Counted from the stretch's first letter, positions 28,754 to 42,649 are shown. The stretch is DNA of 64,000 bases from Octopus vulgaris (GCA_951406725.2 OX597822.1:101556001-101620000); one strand, 5' to 3'. Translations and numbers: made by a program. The notes: generated from the sequence alone by a model not told the origin.

Positions 28754-29884
28754 TTATTGTATGGAAAGTGTTCTGCGTAGGATGTGTGCAGTGCCTAGTA
28801 GTGCAATTTTCTGTATGTTATATGTGTTTGTAAGTCCTGGTGTTTTTGTTATGTATTTGTCTGAATATTTTTTTATCATGCCTAATGCACCTACTATAAT
28901 AGGAATTGTTTCTGTTTTCAGATTCCACATTCTAGTTACCTCTATTTCCAGGTCTTTGTATTTTGAGAGTTTCTCCATTTCTTTTAGAGAAACGTTGTCA
29001 TCAGCCGGTATTGATACATCAATTAGAAAGCATTTTTTTCTTCATGATCTCTGACAACTATATCTGGTCTGTTGGCCTTAATTTCTCTATCTGTGTGTAT
29101 CGGCATATCCCAGAGTATGGTTGCTTTCTCGTTTTCTGTGACCTTTTCTGGTGTGTGCCTATACCATCTGTTTTCTGTTGTTATTCCATAATGTTGGCAT
29201 AGCTTCCAATGTATGTAGGTTCCAACTCTGTCATGTCTGTGAATATATTCCTTCTTAGCCAGGACTGGGCAGCTAGAGATAATATGATTTATTGTTTCTT
29301 GTCCATCTCCACATATTCTGCAGTTACTTGTAATATTTATTTTCATTACATGTTTTTGGTAATTTCTGATGGGGAGGCTTTGGTCTTGTGCTGCAATTAA
29401 AAATCCCTCTGTTTCTGCTTTGAGTCCTGAGCTTCTCAACCATTGCTGGGATTTTTCTTTGTCTATTTCTTTTGTTTTTAGTTTAGTCCAGTATTTACAT
29501 GAAGGGGCTTTTCTTGCCATCGTTTTATCATGGTTCGTTGCTGTCCTATTTTTAGTTTGGATTTCATTTGTTTTATAGCTTTTGTTGTTTCTTCATCTTC
29601 TTCTTCTTCTTCTTCATGTTTATTAGGTGGTATGATTTCTTGTTTGTATTTGTCAGCTTCCTTAAATACTGAGAACAGCTTTTTGTTTTGCTCGTGTTTT
29701 GCCGCTATCTGGATCAGTTTTCCTTCCTTCTGAAGTAGATATTTTTGCAGTCCTATGGTGGTTATTTTATAGTAGTTTTCCAGCTGTATAAGGCCTCTAC
29801 CACCTTCTATACGTTGTATATATAGTCTTTCTATGTCAGATTTTGGGTGATGCATCCTAGATCCTGTCATTATTTTTCTTGTTT

Positions 29885-29888
<4 letters not shown>
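28754..29888 (-). mobile_element. Dong family-A retrotransposon, 5'-truncated (RT C-terminal region, CCHC, RLE), frameshifted
   Basis: MHHPKSDIERLY, ETEGFLIAAQDQ, CRICGDGQETINHIISSC, RHDRV, ANRPDIV, KYKDL; ends at its stop codon with no 3'UTR. Confidence 0.92.
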
Positions 29889-29964
<76 letters not shown>

Positions 29965-29965
<1 letters not shown>

Positions 29966-32315
29966 TATGTTTGACTTTTGCTTTATATTTGTACAAGTTG
30001 GCTCCAAGTCTCACCCAGAGACCTCAAGAGACAACAGGGTTGGAAGTTCATGTTGTTGTTATGCCTAGTGTGCCATATATTTGGGGGGTGGGGGTGTTGT
30101 ACTAATGAATGTCCAAAAAAATTTTTTTTTTTTTTTTTTTAAACCGAAAATTATGTTTGTTTTAAACCTTGAGATTACATAGAAAGTATTTTGCGTAGGA
30201 TATGAGCAGTTCCCATGAGCACTATCTTTTGAATTTCTGCCATTTTTGGGTTTCCTGGTATCTGAGTTAGGTAGCTATCTGCCCCTTTTGCTATCATTCC
30301 CAGGGCACCTATGACAACAGGTATTGTTTTTGTCTTCAGCTTCCACATTTTGCTGATTTCTATTTCAAGATCTTTATATTTGCTCAGTTTTTGGTAGGTC
30401 TTGACAGATACGTTTATATCGATTGGGACAGTCATATCAATGAGGAGGCATGTTCTTTGTTTGAAGTCTTTCAATATGATGTCTGGCCTATTTGCATCTA
30501 TCTTTCTGTCAGTTTGAATGGCGAAGTTCCAGAGGAGTGAGATGTGGTCATTTTCAAGCACTGGGGTGGTTTGTGTTCCCACCAGTTTTTTTCATGGGGC
30601 AAATCCAGGTTTTTACAGATTACCCAGTGAATATATTGTGCAGCTCTATCGTGCCTGTTGAGATACTCTGTAGGCGCTAGAAGACTGCACTTGGAGACCA
30701 CATGGTCAATGGTTTCATTTTGTTGCTTGCATACACGACACGTTGGACTGCTTCTGATCTTTAATATGTTGGCCTGGTAGTTTCTTGTTGGTAGGCATTG
30801 ATCTTGAGCTGCTATGATAAACCCCTCTGTTTCAGATTTTAAGCCAGAGGCCATTAGCCATTGATGGGTCAGGGCTTTGTCAACATCTGCATTATTTGCT
30901 CTCTTTGGGTATTTGCCATAGAGAGGTTTTTCTTTCCATTTATCATTCAGAATATCTAAGGCCGCAGATTTAGCACGGGTTTTCATGCGCTTAGCTTTTT
31001 CTGTGCCTGTTTCTTGTATGTCTATCTCTAATTCCGAAATTTGTTGTATTCGGAATTCACTTAGATATTCCTTTGCCTGTTTTGTTACTGAGTATGATGC
31101 TTTCTTGTTTTCATGTTTTGAGACAAGTTTTAACATCCAGTCCTCAGAGTTTTTCAGGTAGGTGTCTAGGCCAATTGTAGCAATCTTCATTGTTATTGCC
31201 AGTTGTAAAAGTCCACGGCCTCCCTCTTTTCTTGGCAGATAAAGTCGTTCTGTATCTGCCTTAGGGTGGTGCATTCTATGCATTGTCAACAGTTTTCGTA
31301 TTTTTCTGTCAAGATTACATATTTCAGTAATTGACCAGTTAACGATACTGAAACTGTAAGTCACGACTGGTATGGCTAATGCATTGATCGCTTCGATCCT
31401 GTTTCTCGCATTCAGCTCTGTCTTGAGTATTGCTCTTACTCTGCGATAGCATTCTCTCCTGATCCTTTCCTTCATCTCTGAATGCCTTATTCCTTCTCCT
31501 TCAATTACCCCTAGATACTTGTAGTTCTCTGCTGGGTCTAATTCTTTTATGACATTCTGCTGGTCATGGTTAACGTTAGATGTTTCTGTCATTTTTCCTT
31601 TGATAAAGGTAGCTTTTGCGCATTTATCGAGGCCAAATTGCATTCTGATGTCATCACTGAATTGTTTGACAATCGCTAGTAAGCCCTTGAGTTGTTGGTC
31701 ATTTTTTGCAAAGAGCTTTAAATCATCCATGTAAATGAGATGATTTATATTTTTATCAAACATTTTATATCCGTACTGCGCATCATTGAGCAGTTTTGAG
31801 AGAGGTATTAAGGCTAAACAGAAGAGGAGCGGTGATAGTGAGTCACCCTGGAAAATGCCACATGAAATTTTTACATCACCAGCATTTAGAGATTCATTGT
31901 CACTGTTCAAAGTTAGTGTAGTTCTCCATGATCTCATACTTACAGACAAAAAGTTTCGCAGAGCAGGTGCTATCTTATACATTTCTAGGCATTTATTAAT
32001 CCAGCTATGTGGTAGGCTATCAAAAGCCTTTTTATAGTCTATCCAGGCTATTGATAAGTTTTTGTGTCGTTTGTGACAATCTTCTAAGATCATCTTATTG
32101 ATGAGTAGTTGATCTTTACAACCGTAGGATCCACGTTTACATCCTTTCTGTTCATTAGGGAATATGCTGCTGTCTGTCAAAAAACTATAGGTATATTCCG
32201 TCAGGACAGATGTTAGTGTTTTATACATAGTTGTTAAGCAGCTTATGGGTCTATAGTTTTTGGGTTCATTTGTTTCTTCACTTTTTGGAAGCAGGAATGT
32301 TAACCCATTAACTAG
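29965..32315 (-). mobile_element. Dong family-B R4-clade non-LTR retrotransposon, 5'-truncated, near intact
   Basis: RT, CCHC, RLE and 3'UTR running into (TAA)n. Confidence 0.95.
30175..32315 (-). pseudogene. Reverse transcriptase / CCHC zinc knuckle / restriction-like endonuclease polyprotein, one frameshift near 30570
   Basis: PKNYRPISCL, EQKGC, WIDYKKAFDS, GIFQGDSLSPLLF, YMDDLKL, CRVC...HVVSKC, RHD, NRPDIILKD...IDMTVP, KYKDL. Confidence 0.93.
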
Positions 32316-32322
32316 TTAAGTG

Positions 32323-32372
32323 AGGCATCCTACTAGGATGCATCCTACTAGGATGCATCCTACTAGGATGCC

Positions 32373-32373
<1 letters not shown>
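32323..32373. repeat. Three tandem copies of the quasi-palindromic 15-mer catcctactaggatg
   Basis: agg(catcctactaggatg)3cct at the 5' junction of Dong family B. Confidence 0.92.
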
Positions 32374-32430
<57 letters not shown>

Positions 32431-32431
<1 letters not shown>

Positions 32432-32697
32432 TATGTTTGACTTTTGCTTTATATTTGTACAAGTTGGCTCCAAGTCTCACCCAGAGACCTCAAAAGACAA
32501 CAGGGTTGGAAGTTCATGTTGTTGTTATGCCTAGTGTGCCATATATTTGGGGGGTGGGGATGTTGTACTAATGAATGTCTAAAAAAAAAAAAAAAATGTT
32601 TTTTTTTTTTTTTTTTTTTTTTAAACCGAAAATTATGTTTGTTTTAAACCTTGAGATTACATAGAGAGTATTTTGCGTAGGATATGAGCAGTTCCCA

Positions 32698-32698
<1 letters not shown>
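32431..32698 (-). mobile_element. Dong family-B short 3' copy, in tandem with the long copy
   Basis: Nearly identical to 29965-30216. Confidence 0.9.
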
Positions 32699-32762
<64 letters not shown>

Positions 32763-32767
<5 letters not shown>

Positions 32768-32958
32768 TAGTTTTATTTTTTATAGCGTGCTTTCACTTCA
32801 CTACCGAGCGCAGCTCTGTGTGCCTTGGGTATGTGCTGTGATTTGTTGTGATGCTCTGATGGTTATTGTATGGAAAGTGTTCTGCGTAGGATGTGTGCAG
32901 TGCCTAGTAGTGCAATTTTCAGTATGTTATATGTGTTTGTATATCCTGGTGTTTTATG

Positions 32959-32962
<4 letters not shown>
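32763..32962 (-). mobile_element. Dong family-A 3' fragment
   Basis: ...GTAHILRRTLSIQ* plus 3'UTR in (TTA)n. Confidence 0.88.
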
Positions 32963-33013
<51 letters not shown>

Positions 33014-33061
33014 GCTATTGTTGTTGTTATTGTTTTTGTTGTTTTGTTGTTGTTGTTGTTG

Positions 33062-33095
<34 letters not shown>

Positions 33096-33102
33096 CATCA
33101 TC

Positions 33103-33381
33103 ATTGGAGTATTCGAGCGGTTCCAAGCAGTGCTGTTTTCTGCAAGTGTTCCACCCTTATTGCAGCCCCTATTTGTTCCATATAGATCTCGAGATTTTTA
33201 CTCACTGTTCCCATGGCCCCGACGCCTTTTTCATCGACCATAACTACTTAACCTCGCAAGCTAACCAGTCATACCTATCGACTTTTCTTCCTTCCTTATC
33301 GCATACCTTCTTGTCAGCTGGGCATGCTATATCTATGATCCAACATAGTTTGGTTTCTTCTCACTTAAGACGATGTCTGGC
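33103..33381 (-). mobile_element. Dong family-D RLE fragment
   Basis: Related to 34150-34255; remnants of RPD, IDIACP and EHLQKTALLGTARIL. Confidence 0.7.
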
Positions 33382-33402
33382 ATTATTATTATTATTATTA
33401 TT

Positions 33403-33956
33403 GAGTGAGAGAGCAGTGCATGCCTTCAAAGTGACACTGGGGTAAAATATACGAAGCCCAATATACCCATCATGACTACCCGTCTGATAAGGGTACACCA
33501 GGCACATGCATCACAACCATATGTGCGCGACATGGTGATCTCATATCAAGATAAACAGCACATGACCTTGCAGGTGGGGCCCAGTTAGAATTTTCTTCAG
33601 GTTGAGTAGCCCATCCCGCTCAAAAGGTCCCTGAATAAGAGTTGCTTAAGGATGTTGAACGAAACACCCATGTTTCCAGAGTGAATTATTCAAACCCCAA
33701 AGAATTCCTCTCAACACATGGCTATGATGCTCCCCCACTACTTCTGCTCGTGATCAGAGATGCACATATCGTCAGCCACTAAGGGACATGCTCAACTGGT
33801 TAAGGTCAAACAACTGACAAGCAAATCTGTGGTATTGAGCAGAATATTTGCCTGTAGCCCATCTTTTATACCAAGACAAAACAATGTACATGATAACACT
33901 TCCAATCAGTTAAGATCAGAAGCCATGAGAGCCACTGCCTGGTACTGCATCAGTGC

Positions 33957-33959
<3 letters not shown>
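33403..33959 (-). mobile_element. Full-length ~557-bp (TAA)n-targeting non-autonomous element
   Basis: Both ends match the inverted copy at 52263-52819; (TTA)n flanks. Confidence 0.9.
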
Positions 33960-34031
<72 letters not shown>

Positions 34032-34056
34032 CAATATCATCATCATCATCATCATC

Positions 34057-34897
34057 GTTGCCTTTGCACAGCATCTAAAGCTGGAGATGTACTACAGTGT
34101 CAGCTGTTCACTACCAGTGAACTAAGGTGCTAACACCCCTTATTTTTCGAGCACTTTCCGAAGTATTCGAGCAGTTCCAAGCAGTGTTGTTTTCTGCAAG
34201 TGCTCCACCTTGATTGCAGCTCCTATTTGTTCCACGTACTTCTCGAGATTTCTGCTGTGTCGTCTACTCTGTAGGTTATGTAATTTGTTCTTAATGTTTG
34301 TTCTTTTGCCTCCGTTTCCGGTTTTAAATCACTTTTAGTCATCCATCGCCATCTTTTTTCTCTGTCTTATCTTCAAGATCCCTATGAAATTGTCCATGCA
34401 TTCATTTCTTCATCCACCTCTTTTCAGTTTTATTCCTTCTCAAGTCCTTGTACAGTGCTTTATCTTTGCAATCTTCCATCCTACACAAGTCTGATCTTCT
34501 TACTTCCAATAATAGCGGTTCTGTGGCATTTTTTACATACCATACTATGCTGTTTTCTTCTTATCTAATATTGTGATCGTATTCCATCAGTCCTTTCCCC
34601 CCTCTTTTTCTTGGTACATACAATTTGTCTGTGTCACTTTTTGGGTGGAGCATCCCATATCTAGTCAGCAACTTTCTTGGCTTTCTGTCTAAGCTGTTTA
34701 GTTCATCTACTGTCCATGCGATTACCCCTACTCTATATCTAAAGAGTCAAACTTTCCAGGTGTTGATAGCTTCAATCTTATTCCGTCCGTTTAATTTCGA
34801 CTTCAGGACCATTCTCAATTTGCGCAAGTACTCCACCTTAAATTTTTGTCATTTCTTTCTCCATCAATTCATCCATTTCCAATATCCCCAAGTATTT
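34057..34897 (-). mobile_element. Dong family-D retrotransposon, truncated and internally deleted
   Basis: KYLGILE, LNGRNKIEAINTW, HPKSDTDKLYVPRK.GGKGL, LQKTTLLGTARILRKVL. Confidence 0.8.
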
Positions 34898-34903
34898 ATT
34901 ATT

Positions 34904-34945
<42 letters not shown>

Positions 34946-35329
34946 GTCATCATCATCATCATCATCATTATTATTATTATAATTATTATTATAATAATAA
35001 TAATTATTATTATTATTATTATTAGAGCATACACAACAACAAAAAAACACACACACATACACAACAAAAAGACACACACACACACGCACACATACACAAC
35101 AAAAACACACACACACAACAAACACACACACGCACACACATACACAACAATAACACACACACACAACAAACACACACACACACACACACAACAAAAACAC
35201 ACACACAGGTAAATCGTTCGGTAAGTCAGGGATGACATTGAAATAAACATGCGAGAAGCCTTTGAAGACAGAAAACAGAAGACGGCGATAAGGACGAATA
35301 ACACGGCAGAAATTGATTGAGCTCAAAAC

Positions 35330-35506
35330 AAAGAATACGATTGGTTAAAATTCGAAGAATTAAACTACGTAAAAGTTACAAAATACATTTTTCTCAAAAA
35401 AACTAATTGAAATTAATGTTTTCTTTTGACACATTCTACCAGTATACGAAGTTTCAAATTATTTAGTTAAGTAGAAAATTCTGTCCATCTTTTAGAAAAG
35501 ATCCCT
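35330..35506 (-). mobile_element. MITE-like dispersed repeat (gggatcttttc terminus)
   Basis: Shares aaacttcgtatactggtagaatgtg and gggatcttttc with 43454-43695. Confidence 0.5.
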
Positions 35507-35524
35507 ACTATTATTATTATAATA

Positions 35525-35592
<68 letters not shown>

Positions 35593-35766
35593 TAGGTTGT
35601 TTCACATGAATTGTGGCATTTTTAATTATTTGTTATTTCAGTCATTTAAAAACTCAATGATACATACCTTGTATTTAGTCTTGACTCTTTCTCTTTCCCA
35701 ATAATATTGGTATGCACAATTCATACACACAGACCTTATTAAAATGATAACAAACAAACTACGTTG

Positions 35767-35890
35767 ATAGAATAAGTACTAGGCTTACAAAGAATAACTC
35801 CTGGGGTCGATTTGGTCGACTAAAGGCGGTGCTCCAGCATGGCCACAGTCAAATGACTGAAACAAGTAAAAGAGAGTAAAAGAGAAAGAG
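35767..35890 (+). mobile_element. OR-like SINE 3' tail fragment
   Basis: ggcggtgctccagcatggccacagtcaaatgactgaaacaagtaaaag. Confidence 0.8.
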
Positions 35891-35954
35891 AGAGTATGGA
35901 GTTTAACAAGAGACCTCAGTGCCGCTGAAGCGGTGTAGCGAAAGCGATGTGGTA

Positions 35955-36168
35955 GTGGGAGAAATGGTAGAATCGCTTGCACGCCGGACAAAATACTTAG
36001 CGACATTTCGTTCGTCATTTTGTTCTTAATTCAAATTCCGCTTGGGTCGACTTTGCCCTTCGTCATTTCGGGTCGATAAAATAAGTCCCAATTGAGCACT
36101 GAAATCGATATCATTGACTAACGCCTCCTCCGAATTATCAGACCTTGTGTCTATAGTAGAAACGATTA
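35955..36168 (+). mobile_element. Nin-domain-type SINE (decayed)
   Basis: ttcaaattccgc...gtcgactttgcc...gggtcgataaaataagt. Confidence 0.65.
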
Positions 36169-36195
36169 ATAATATTGTTGTTATTATTATTATTA

Positions 36196-36265
<70 letters not shown>

Positions 36266-36306
36266 CATTATTATTATTATCATTATTATTATTATTATTA
36301 TTATTA

Positions 36307-36343
<37 letters not shown>

Positions 36344-36370
36344 CATTATTATTATTATTATTATTATTAA

Positions 36371-36425
<55 letters not shown>

Positions 36426-36871
36426 GAGTGAGAGAGCAGTGCATGCCATCAAAGTGACACTGGGGTAAAATATACGAAGCCCAATATACCCATCATGACT
36501 ACCCGTCTGATAAAGGTACACCAGACACATGCATCACAACCATATGTGCGCGACATGGTGATCTCATATCAAGATAAACAGCACATGACCTTGCAGGTGG
36601 GGCCCAATTAGAATTTTCTTCAGGTTGAGTAGCCCATCCCGCTCAAAAGGTCCCTGAATAAGGGTTGTTTAAGGATGTTGAAAGAACCACCCATGTTTCC
36701 AGAGGTGAACTATTCAAACCCCAAAGAATCCCTCTCAACACAGGGCTATGATGCTCCCCCACTACTTCTGCTCGTGATCAGAGATGCACATATCGTCAGC
36801 CACTAAGGGACATGCTCAACTGGTTAAGGTCAAACAACTGACAAGCAAATCTGTGGTATTGAGCAGAATAT
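36426..36871 (-). mobile_element. ~557-bp element, 5'-truncated
   Basis: Retains the 3' end; (TTA)n flanks. Confidence 0.9.
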
Positions 36872-36925
36872 TATTATTATTATTATCATTATTATTATTG
36901 TTATTATTATTATTATTATTATTAT

Positions 36926-36966
<41 letters not shown>

Positions 36967-36967
36967 A

Positions 36968-37003
<36 letters not shown>

Positions 37004-37916
37004 CAGCAGCAGCAGTAGAAGCAGTTGCAGTAGTAGTAGGAGGAGGAGGAGGAGGGGAGGAGGAGGAGAAAAAAGAAGAATAACAAGAACGACAACATGA
37101 AGTATAAGAAGCATTCATATAATGTAGTTTTACGATCATCATCTCCACTACCGTACAAAATTATCAATATTTGATGTCATAAAACGAAAGATGAAAAAAA
37201 AAACTCCAAATACTCCTAAATATATATTTTTTCAGTAACAAACAACAAAAACAAAACTGTAAAACGTCCCAAGACATAATGTTGTCAAAAGGTTATTGCA
37301 TTGAAAAGAGAATTAAAAAAAAAAAAAACATGTTTTATAAAAATACAAACTGGATTTTGAAATGTCAAAATCAATAACTTTAATGACAGATTAGAGTAAA
37401 TTTTATTAAATTTTATTAAATTTTTATTCATTTATTTTTGGCTTTCTAGATTCATTTCTTCATTGAAAATTATTTATGAATGCAATAACATACATGTATC
37501 AACAGAACAAGTTAAAATTTTCAGTAAACTTTTACCTCGTTAAAATCAATAATTTATTTTATGATTCGTTGATATTCGTCAATACATTATTTCCTATCTT
37601 ATTTTATTTCAGATTAAGGAAATAATGATTCTAACATTCTAATCACACGATGATACTGTAGCGTAGCACAGGGTAAATTAATATTTTTTTTTTATCTCTT
37701 CTTATTGTTTGGGGGGAAATAATTATTTTCTTCTTTTTTTCTTCTACATGAAATGGATATTTGATTTCCCTTAATTAAGGGAAAATTAAATTGCACCGTG
37801 AGACTAAATGTCAATTGAAAGTTTCTACTCTGTACCCACGTAGCCAAGGGGTGGATTGCTTTGCAATATGCTATATAATACACACACTGATATATACATA
37901 TACATACATACACGCA

Positions 37917-37948
<32 letters not shown>

Positions 37949-37962
37949 CATACTTACATATA

Positions 37963-38000
<38 letters not shown>

Positions 38001-38002
38001 CA

Positions 38003-38033
<31 letters not shown>

Positions 38034-38235
38034 CAAATATATATACATACATACCTGCATATATATGCATATATACACATACGTGTTGATATAGATATTT
38101 ACGTATATACGCATGCATATGTCCGTATAAGTATATATATATACATATATATATATATTCATTGACATTAACAATTCCATGTGTCAGGAATTTTTGCAGT
38201 AGTAACTCAGACAATATCATGTCAAACATTATTTT

Positions 38236-38268
<33 letters not shown>

Positions 38269-38313
38269 CACCGGCACTACTACTACCACCACTACCACCA
38301 CCACCACCACCGG

Positions 38314-38382
<69 letters not shown>

Positions 38383-38758
38383 GTCTGCTGTTCTTTCTGT
38401 TCTGTGCCGTGTGCAGAGGTATTTACGCCTCGATCCAAGAATGATGTACATTTTTTAAAAATAATGTTAACATTTCTCTATTGGAAATTGAGAATAAATG
38501 TCAGTTAAAAGTTTCTGCTTCGTACACACAGAGCAAATTGGTTGCTCAAGTTTTAATGCTAGATGTGTGTGCTAGTATGCGCGTGCACACACACACACAC
38601 ATACACATATATATATTCGTGTATGTGGTGTGTGTATATATATACGCGTGCGCATGCATATATTCTGATACTCTCACCCACACATCAGACACGCATCTAT
38701 TAATTTTGTTACGTTATTGGAAACATTATCAGGAGTAACCGAGTCGAAATTCTCCTTC

Positions 38759-38759
<1 letters not shown>

Positions 38760-38789
<30 letters not shown>

Positions 38790-38833
38790 CTTCTTCTTCT
38801 TCTTCTTCTTCTTCTTCTTCTTCTTCTTCTTCT
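38760..38833. repeat. (TTC)n microsatellite
   Basis: Seen directly. Confidence 0.95.
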
Positions 38834-39018
38834 CCTACCTTTCTTATAGTTCTTCCTATTTTAACTTTCCTTTTCCTCCTTCCTCGTCTCCTCTTCCTTC
38901 TCCTCCCCTACTCTTCTTCTTTATCTTCATTTTCTTCTTCCGTTCATCTTCTTTTTCTTCTTTTACATTTTTTTTTTTTACTTCTAATTCTTTTCTTATA
39001 GTCATTTATAAATCGGCA

Positions 39019-39240
39019 AGGCGGAGAGCTAACAGAATCGTTAGCATGTCCGGGACAAACTGCTTTGGGGCATTTTATCTATCTTTTTGTTCTGTGTTCA
39101 GAAAGCGCCGACGTCAACTTTGCCTTTCATCCTTTCAAGGAGTCGATGCAGTATATAGCAGATAAGCACTGGAATCAATGTAACCGACTGGTTCCCAACC
39201 CAAAAATTTCAGGCTTATACCTTTAATAGAAATGTGTATT
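39019..39240 (+). mobile_element. Nin-domain-type SINE (decayed)
   Basis: aggcggagagctaacagaatcgttagc ... gcctttcatcctttc. Confidence 0.65.
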
Positions 39241-39852
39241 ATTATGTTGATAAGCTGGTCGAATCTTTAGTACGTCATGTAGCCAGACAAAATACTTTAT
39301 TCTCCGAGTTCAACTTTTTCTGAGACTTTTGACTTCCATTATGATTTTTTTTTTTTTTGTTTTCGATAAAATAATACGAGTTGAACACTTGAATCGATGT
39401 AATCGACTAGTTTCCTCTCTTATAATATTTATGCTTTGTGTCCATTGTGGAGAGGACTATTAGTATTAATCATTGTCATCAGTATCATCATAATTGCCAC
39501 CGCCAATGTCATTATCGTTATTTTGGGCATAATAAAGAGATGTGTCATGATCTCACTCCATGAATTTTATAGATAGCTTTGCCAAGTACAAGCAATGAGA
39601 AAATATTTCGTAGAGATACTATTGTACACACACACACACACACATACACACACTGGGTGTGTAAGTACTATTACTTAAAGCAATTTCATTGGGCCCCATG
39701 TAACTTGAAGTTCCCTGAGTTCCTGTAACGAGCCTACGTATCTTTAAGTTGCTTGGAGCCGAATCACATTTTAAAATAACATATGTAACTCCTTTTATTT
39801 GTGTTCAGTGTCCCTTTCTTTCATTTGTCCACTCACCTCTTATATATATATA

Positions 39853-39893
<41 letters not shown>

Positions 39894-39905
39894 GTTTTGC
39901 TCGTA

Positions 39906-39972
<67 letters not shown>

Positions 39973-39974
<2 letters not shown>

Positions 39975-40790
39975 GAGCAAAACGCCCCCGTCCAATGGAC
40001 GGTGCTGAGTTGTCAAACATTTAAACCAAATTTTCTCAAGACAATTTGTCCGACCGTCCCATAGAATTCCCATTTGAGAAACACTTATTTAACCTAAAAT
40101 TGAGACACCAGCAAAAGAAGGAATAAAGACAGACATTTTTTTTATTCCAAAGAAAAACGGTTTTATTCACACAAATATGCAACCGAAGAGTTTAAAGTAC
40201 CAGTAATGATAAGGCTGTGGACTGGGAGAACACAAACATGGTAAATCATTTATTAGTAAGAAAACAGTATTTTCTTCCTTGAATAAAAAGCAATCAGTGT
40301 TTTCTTTTCATTAAAAAATAATTAAGCACGCCTTTATTTCAATAAAATATTTGGTTTTGTTAAACGAAGTTAAGGCAAAAAAAACCCAAAAATACTTCTT
40401 GAGAAACCAAATAGTCTTTCCTTCCTTCATGTCAAGTTTGAAGAAAATATCTCTTTTGGATCCTACTTTTTTGGTCTCTTAAATATACTGCATTTTGTGG
40501 CATTATTTCAAGCCAGCCGGCTTTTTTTGCGCAAGCTGCACGTGCATTTTTCTCGCGTACGCGTGGTATCGATCGCAACAGCTGATGTGCTTGCGCGTAC
40601 AAATGCACGTTCCCACAGGTTTATCGATCGCATTCTCACCTGGAATCGATTTTTGTAACTTTTTCAAGACTTATACACGCCCTGATACCGTCGGTATCTA
40701 CATACCAAATTTGAGCACAATCGGATGGAGGATACCCAAGATCCTAGAAGACACACAGACAGAACGGATTTTATAAAATATATATATATA
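39973..40790 (-). mobile_element. Non-autonomous Helitron-like element in (TA)n
   Basis: Minus-strand end has hairpin ccgtccattggacgg about 11 nt before CTCGT (CTRR-like); other end ...acagacagaacggattttata; no TIRs. Confidence 0.6.
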
Positions 40791-40857
40791 TATATATACA
40801 GTCTGTACTTGTGTGAACGTGTTTTAGTATTTGATGCATTTTTCATTTATATGTATA

Positions 40858-41088
40858 CAGGTTTGGCCAAAAGTCACCCGACAGTAAATGATACTAGCAT
40901 AAATACTATCTGTAATTCTGTATTGACTCGAATGGATAAATTAGTCGCTCAAGAAGGTCTTTAGTTTGAACAATTTTCATGATGCTTCATATTTAGATGC
41001 TTTTATTAAATTGATTTAGTTGTTAAACAAATAAATCTTGGAATTGAACGGTTTTGATTTACTGTCAAGTGAATTTTGGCCAAACATT
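40858..41088. mobile_element. Tc1/mariner-type MITE
   Basis: TIRs caggtttggccaaaagtcacccgacagtaaa / tttactgtcaagtgaattttggccaaac; TA on the left. Confidence 0.75.
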
Positions 41089-41109
41089 TTTATACGTATA
41101 TATGCGAAC

Positions 41110-41400
41110 CCATGGAAAACGAACCACCACTAACTATTCTGCCTATATACCTGTGCACACTTTTCAATACAATGTATGCCAGAAGGGTTGCAAATCTAAC
41201 GCAAGCCTCATAAGACATTTTAAGATCCACAAAGATCAGAATTATCTGCAGCTTTTGGTGGTCTAATTTGGATATGCAATCTATGTGGGTGTCTTTTCAA
41301 AACATTGTCTAGTTTAAAAAGCCACATCAGATGCTATGATGGTTCTACTGTGTAGGTACAGGAGGTGGTCAAACTCTGCATAAGGAGTAGACAACCACCA
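41110..41400 (+). mobile_element. Possible RTE-like LINE 3' relic with two decayed C2H2 fingers
   Basis: YNVCQKGCKSNASLIRHFKIH and CNLCGCLFKTLSSLKSHI separated by a stop. Confidence 0.45.
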
Positions 41401-41727
41401 TGGATAAATATATGCACACACACACATGTATATGCATAAGTATATATGTATGAATATATACACATATATACATATATACGATATGCGTAGTTCTCAGTAA
41501 CTATATTTTGTGACCACTTTAAAACAGTTACACCAATGTTTTAGTAAGACCTTTATCGAAATATACAAATCAAATATATTAATGTTACATGTTCTAACGA
41601 ATGCGGATTAATGAAAGACGCCTTTGAATCACAGGGAGGTTTGAAATTGTGTGTAAAGAGACGAAACTAAAACAAGAAAGCATATGCCTCCCATCTTACC
41701 ACACTACAGATTCTGGTATTTCGGTAA

Positions 41728-42143
41728 AGGCGGCGAGGTGGCAGAAACGTTAGCACGCCGGGCGAAATGCTTAGTGGTATTTCGTCTGCCGCTACGTTCT
41801 GACTTCAAATTCTACCGAGGTCGACTTTGCCTTTCATCCTTTCAGGGTCGATAAATTAAGGTACCAGTTACGCACTGGGGTCGATGTAATCGACTTAATC
41901 TGTTTGCCTGTCCTTGTTTGTCCCCTCTGTGTTTAGCCCCTTGTGGGCAGTAAAGAAATAGGTATTTCGTCTGCCGCTACGTTCTGAGTTCAAATTCCGC
42001 CGAGGTCGACTTTGTCATTCATCCTTTCGGGGTCGATAAATTAAGTACCAGTTACGCACTGGGGTCGATATAATCGACTTAATCCGTTTGTCTGTCCTTG
42101 TTTATCCCCTCTATGTTTAGCTCCTTGTGGGCAATATAGAAAT
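41728..42143 (+). mobile_element. Nin-domain-type tRNA SINE with tandem partial duplication (41728-41960 plus 41961-42143)
   Basis: Head aggcggcgaggtggcagaaacgttagc; central gcctttcatcctttc.gggtcgataaa..gtaccag; the second unit starts internally. Confidence 0.85.
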
Positions 42144-42356
42144 ATGATTCTGGTATTCGTTCGGCGTAGAAGATATAGATTCTTATTAATAAAATGATTA
42201 TTATCCGGCAAAATGCGATATATAAAAATACACACAAACGTACGCATATATAGCATATATATCTATACACAAAAGAAATACACAACGAGCGCGCACACAC
42301 ACACACACATATATTTATACATGTTTACATACATGTGTGTGTATGTGTGTGAGTGA

Positions 42357-42393
<37 letters not shown>

Positions 42394-42514
42394 TATATAC
42401 ATATATATATATACATATATATATACATATATATATACATATATATATATACATATATATATACATATATATATACATATATATATATAAATACATACAT
42501 ATATATATATATAC

Positions 42515-42559
<45 letters not shown>

Positions 42560-42649
42560 TACATATATATATATATACATATACATATATATATATACAC
42601 ATATATATATACATATACTTACATATATATATACATATACATATACATA

